Shown here: in pieces, positions 61,501 through 64,000 of the stretch
How the letters are laid out: each line of letters begins with the position of its first letter
How positions within the stretch are numbered: position 1 is the first letter of the stretch
Source of the DNA: Lentisphaeria bacterium
Lineage (GTDB): Bacteria; Verrucomicrobiota; Lentisphaeria; Oligosphaerales; CAITYL01
Reading direction: 5' to 3'
Length of the DNA stretch: 64,000 nt
NCBI GenBank assembly: GCA_041648735.1
Contig: JBAZOO010000005.1
Location: 65,862 to 129,861, forward strand
Notes under the pieces: model-generated
Databases searched by the model: none
Told to the model about the DNA's origin: nothing
Seen by the model: the letters and a program-made list of their open reading frames with translations, nothing else
Made by a program: the position numbers and the translations under genes

Positions 61501-62767
61501 CGAAGTCGAACCCTTGCAGGAGGTCGTAGTAGGCGTGGTTGAAGACGCCGTCGTTCTCGCTGAGGTAGACTGGGCAGAAGATGACCTTGACCCGGTCGCC
61601 GGGGAGGTTGTGGAGCCGCTTCTGCATGCAGGAGAGCAGGATCGGGTCGCTGCTCTCATGGGGGAGGCGGTGGGTGCAGATGGGCGGCAGCCAAGGCTGG
61701 CCGGGCTGCGGCGTCCGTTCGGGGTGCATCTCCAGGTGGCCGCCAATGACGAAGAGGTAGGCCAGCAACTGCCTCTCTTCCGGCAATGTCTCCTTGAGCT
61801 TGGCCAGGGCCTCGAGGAAGACATCGATCCCCTTGTTGCCGAACTCGTAGCGGCCCGAGATGACCGCCAGCCGGGTGTTGTCGGGGATGGGGACCTTGAG
61901 GAAGCGGCGGGCGAACTCCAGGAGGCGCGTCCGCATTTCTTGGGGCGCCTCCCGCTGGCGGCTGAAGTCGGGGATGTCGGCCAGGTTGATGCCGTTCTCG
62001 GTCACGTCCGGGAGGCGGCCCAGGAGCTTGTGCGCCTCGCGGGCGGTGATGTCGCTGACCGCGGTGAAGGCGTCGGCCTCCCGGGCGCTGACATGCTCCA
62101 GGGAATGCTTGGCGACGACGTTGTGGTTCTTGGCATCCTCGAAGGGGGAGATGGCGTCCAGCTCCCCGTAGAGGTCGCGCCCCGAGCCCATGATGGAGCG
62201 GCCGAGCACGGTGGCGTGGGTGGTGAAGACGGTGGCGATGTGGGGCGCCTTCTCCTTGAGGTAGAGCAGGCCGGCGCCGGTCATCCATTCATGGAACTGG
62301 GCGACGGCGGCCGTCGGCCCGTCCTCGATCTCGGATTGCAGCTTGTCGATGGTGGCGATGGCCTCGCCGCAGGCGGTGGAGAAGATCACCGGCTCCACAT
62401 AGTCCCAGCCGCCGGCGATGGAATCGACCCCGTATCTCTCCCAGATGTTGAAGAGCAGTTGATCCTTGTTGTAGCGGCTGTTGGCGGCGACCAGGAGCAC
62501 CCGCGGCCGGCCGGGGATGGTCCAGCGGCCGAAGCGGCATTCCAGCCCCTTGATGGCCAGCGGGGTCCGCAGGTGGTTCCAGCCGGGCTCCTCGGTCTCC
62601 TCGAACTCGATGTTCTGCGGCAGCAGCGGCCCGACCAGGAGGTAGCGGTCGCCAAACTGCTTGACCGCCTCCCCGGCCTTGCTGCGGAGGACGGTATGGA
62701 TGCCGCCGACCTTGTTGCAGACTTCCCAACTGACTTCGTACAGGAAAGTTTTCGCCTGCGTGTCCAT
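58505..62767 (-). CDS. fusion protein: GT3-type glycogen synthase (N-terminal ~550 aa) + GT35 alpha-glucan phosphorylase (C-terminal ~870 aa)
   Basis: - N-terminal part: [23 protein letters not shown], a eukaryote-type glycogen synthase signature.
- From about residue 555: [25 protein letters not shown] (phosphorylase N-domain), [29 protein letters not shown], and PLP-lysine context [15 protein letters not shown]. Confidence 0.85.
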   Translation of the reverse strand: [1420 protein letters not shown]

Positions 62768-62889
62768 CCGATTCCTCCTGCCCGTCGTTGCCGGGTGTGC
62801 CGTGCCGTTGGCTGGCGTTGGGGGCGGCCGCGCCGGCGCCCTCTTTCACGGGGGCGGCAGCCTGGCGGCATGGTTTTTTCGAGGATTAC

Positions 62890-62917
62890 ACTATATCGTT
62901 TGCGCCGACCGCTACAA
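62890..62917 (-). promoter_or_regulatory. sigma-70-like promoter candidate for the glycogen synthase-phosphorylase gene
   Basis: On the minus strand: TTGTAG-16 nt-TATAGT, about 120 nt upstream of the ATG at 62767. Confidence 0.4.
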
Positions 62918-63012
62918 CTGCAACCCGGCGCCAGGCCGGTTCCGCTTTTGCCGGCGGGTGTTATGTTAGGGGTGGCCGGGCTTGCGCCCGTGGCCGCCGG
63001 AGCGTTTTGCCG

Positions 63013-63549
63013 ATGCCCGAGACCCCCTCTGCCAACGCCGTCCCCCGCCGCCCCCTCTGGGCGCCCTGGCGCATGGCCTTCATCACGGCCCCCAAGGGGG
63101 AGGAGGAGTGCTTCCTCTGCGCCAAGGGGCGGCCGGCGGCGTTCGCCGATCCGGAGCAACATGTGATTGCCCGCGGCCGGCTGGCCTACGTGCTGCTCAA
63201 CGCCTTCCCCTACAACTCGGGGCATTTGCTGGTGGCGCCCTACCGGCATGTGGCGGATTTGGTGGATTTGGCAGCGGCGGAGCGCGCCGAGATCCTGGAG
63301 CTGGTGGCCCAGGCGGAAACGGTGATGCGCCGGACGATGCAGCCGGATGGGTTCAATGTCGGCTTCAACCTCGGGGCCGCGGCGGGCGCCGGGGTGCCGG
63401 GGCACGTCCACGCCCATCTGGTCCCCCGCTGGCAGGGCGACACCAATTTCATGCCGGTCGTCGGCGACGTCCGCGTCGTCCCCCAGGCCTTGGCGGAGAC
63501 CGCCCGGCTGCTGCGCGCCGCCTGGGCCGCCCCGGCGCCGGTGGGCTGA
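63013..63549 (+). CDS. HIT family (histidine triad) nucleotide hydrolase/transferase
   Basis: Start is the internal ATG of ORF 62788..63549. Motifs PLWAPWRMAFI, NAFPYNSGHLLVAP, and the histidine triad HVHAHLVPRW. Confidence 0.8.
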   Translation: MPETPSANAVPRRPLWAPWRMAFITAPKGEEECFLCAKGRPAAFADPEQHVIARGRLAYVLLNAFPYNSGHLLVAPYRHVADLVDLAAAERAEILELVAQAETVMRRTMQPDGFNVGFNLGAAAGAGVPGHVHAHLVPRWQGDTNFMPVVGDVRVVPQALAETARLLRAAWAAPAPVG

Positions 63550-63665
63550 CGGCTCCCCGCCGCCGGCGGGCGGAGTTTGTCTTGTGGCGTTTCGTGTTTA
63601 TGGTGTGAAGGGCGGCGGTGCAATCCGCCGCGGGGTCAACAGTCCAGGATTCGGAGAGGCCATCC

Positions 63666-64000
63666 ATGCGAAAGCTGTCTTTGCCGCCGGAGTTGCGTGC
63701 CGAATGGATTTGGGGGGCGGAGAATCCCGGCCGGAAGGAGACCTACCTGTTCGTGCGCGGGGAGGTGACCCTCAACCAGTTGCCCGCCCAGGCGGAGCTG
63801 TGGATCACCGCGGGGACCTTCTTCCACCTCTATGTCAACGGCCGGCACCTCTCCTACGGCCCGCCGCCGCACCCGCTGAAGGGCAGCTTCTACTTCTGCC
63901 GCTATGACATCACCCACCTGCTGGAGACCGGCCCCAATGTGGTCGCGGTGCTCGCCCACCACACCCCCGTGGCCCGCTTCGCCGCCCGCCGCAAGCCCGC
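63666..64000 (+). CDS. N-terminal fragment of a probable glycoside hydrolase (alpha-L-rhamnosidase-N-like); continues past the window end
   Basis: The frame is open from ATG 63666 to the window end and is not in the ORF track because there is no stop. High GC3. The pattern AEWIW...YLFVRGEVTL...AELWITAGTFFHLYVNGRHLSYGP is reminiscent of rhamnosidase N-terminal domains. Confidence 0.45.
   Translation, partial: MRKLSLPPELRAEWIWGAENPGRKETYLFVRGEVTLNQLPAQAELWITAGTFFHLYVNGRHLSYGPPPHPLKGSFYFCRYDITHLLETGPNVVAVLAHHTPVARFAARRKP

Noticed and set aside
58538-63166. Plus-strand ORFs 58538..60943 (801 aa) and 61070..63166 (698 aa), antisense to the glycogen synthase-phosphorylase gene
   Set aside because: These are shadow ORFs. 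The minus-strand frame carries unmistakable GT3 and GT35 motifs, while the plus-strand translations are G/A/V/D/E low-complexity.

Overview
64 kb of a visibly high-G+C (roughly two-thirds G+C by eye, not computed) Gram-negative chromosome. The gene content suggests the PVC group (Verrucomicrobiota, Kiritimatiellota or Lentisphaerota-like): many FTLIELL-type pseudopilins, RNase Y, a DapL-like aminotransferase, and Lpt/Kdo genes. This placement is an inference only. I call about 60 protein-coding genes, 2 tRNAs (Thr-CGT, Ala-GGC, both with encoded CCA), several promoter and terminator candidates, and four families of short intergenic repeats.

Most of the window is housekeeping:
- kdsA-kdsC-lptC-lptA-lptB-hpf
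- metX-metW
- cysteine desulfurase, purE
- FHA protein-ftsH
- rny, tilS, mutM, folD, gltX

The parts worth a second look:
1. An 8-gene pseudopilin operon (8571-16246, minus strand). Every intergenic gap holds a low-GC imperfect palindrome or a composite inverted-repeat element. One element type occurs at two loci with identical arms but a reverse-complemented ~75-nt core, which is the footprint expected of site-specific inversion.
2. An AmmeMemoRadiSam locus. The radical SAM enzyme carries a consensus Tat signal, Memo and AMMECR1 are fused, and the divergent promoter region holds four helically phased CACGGAC heptamers.
3. A near-palindromic word, GCGGAGTCCGC, present 7 times, always in the same orientation, in different reading frames and in non-coding DNA.
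4. A 9-nt periodic CATGGGACT repeat family at four gene ends.
5. A 1420-aa glycogen synthase (GT3)-alpha-glucan phosphorylase (GT35) fusion.
6. Several uncharacterised proteins (604 aa, 551 aa, 433 aa, 210 aa, 207 aa, 116 aa).

Many long ORFs in the six-frame track are antisense shadow ORFs typical of high-GC DNA and were rejected. All start sites were chosen by eye from homolog-like N-termini, overlaps and SD-like motifs. No searches were run.
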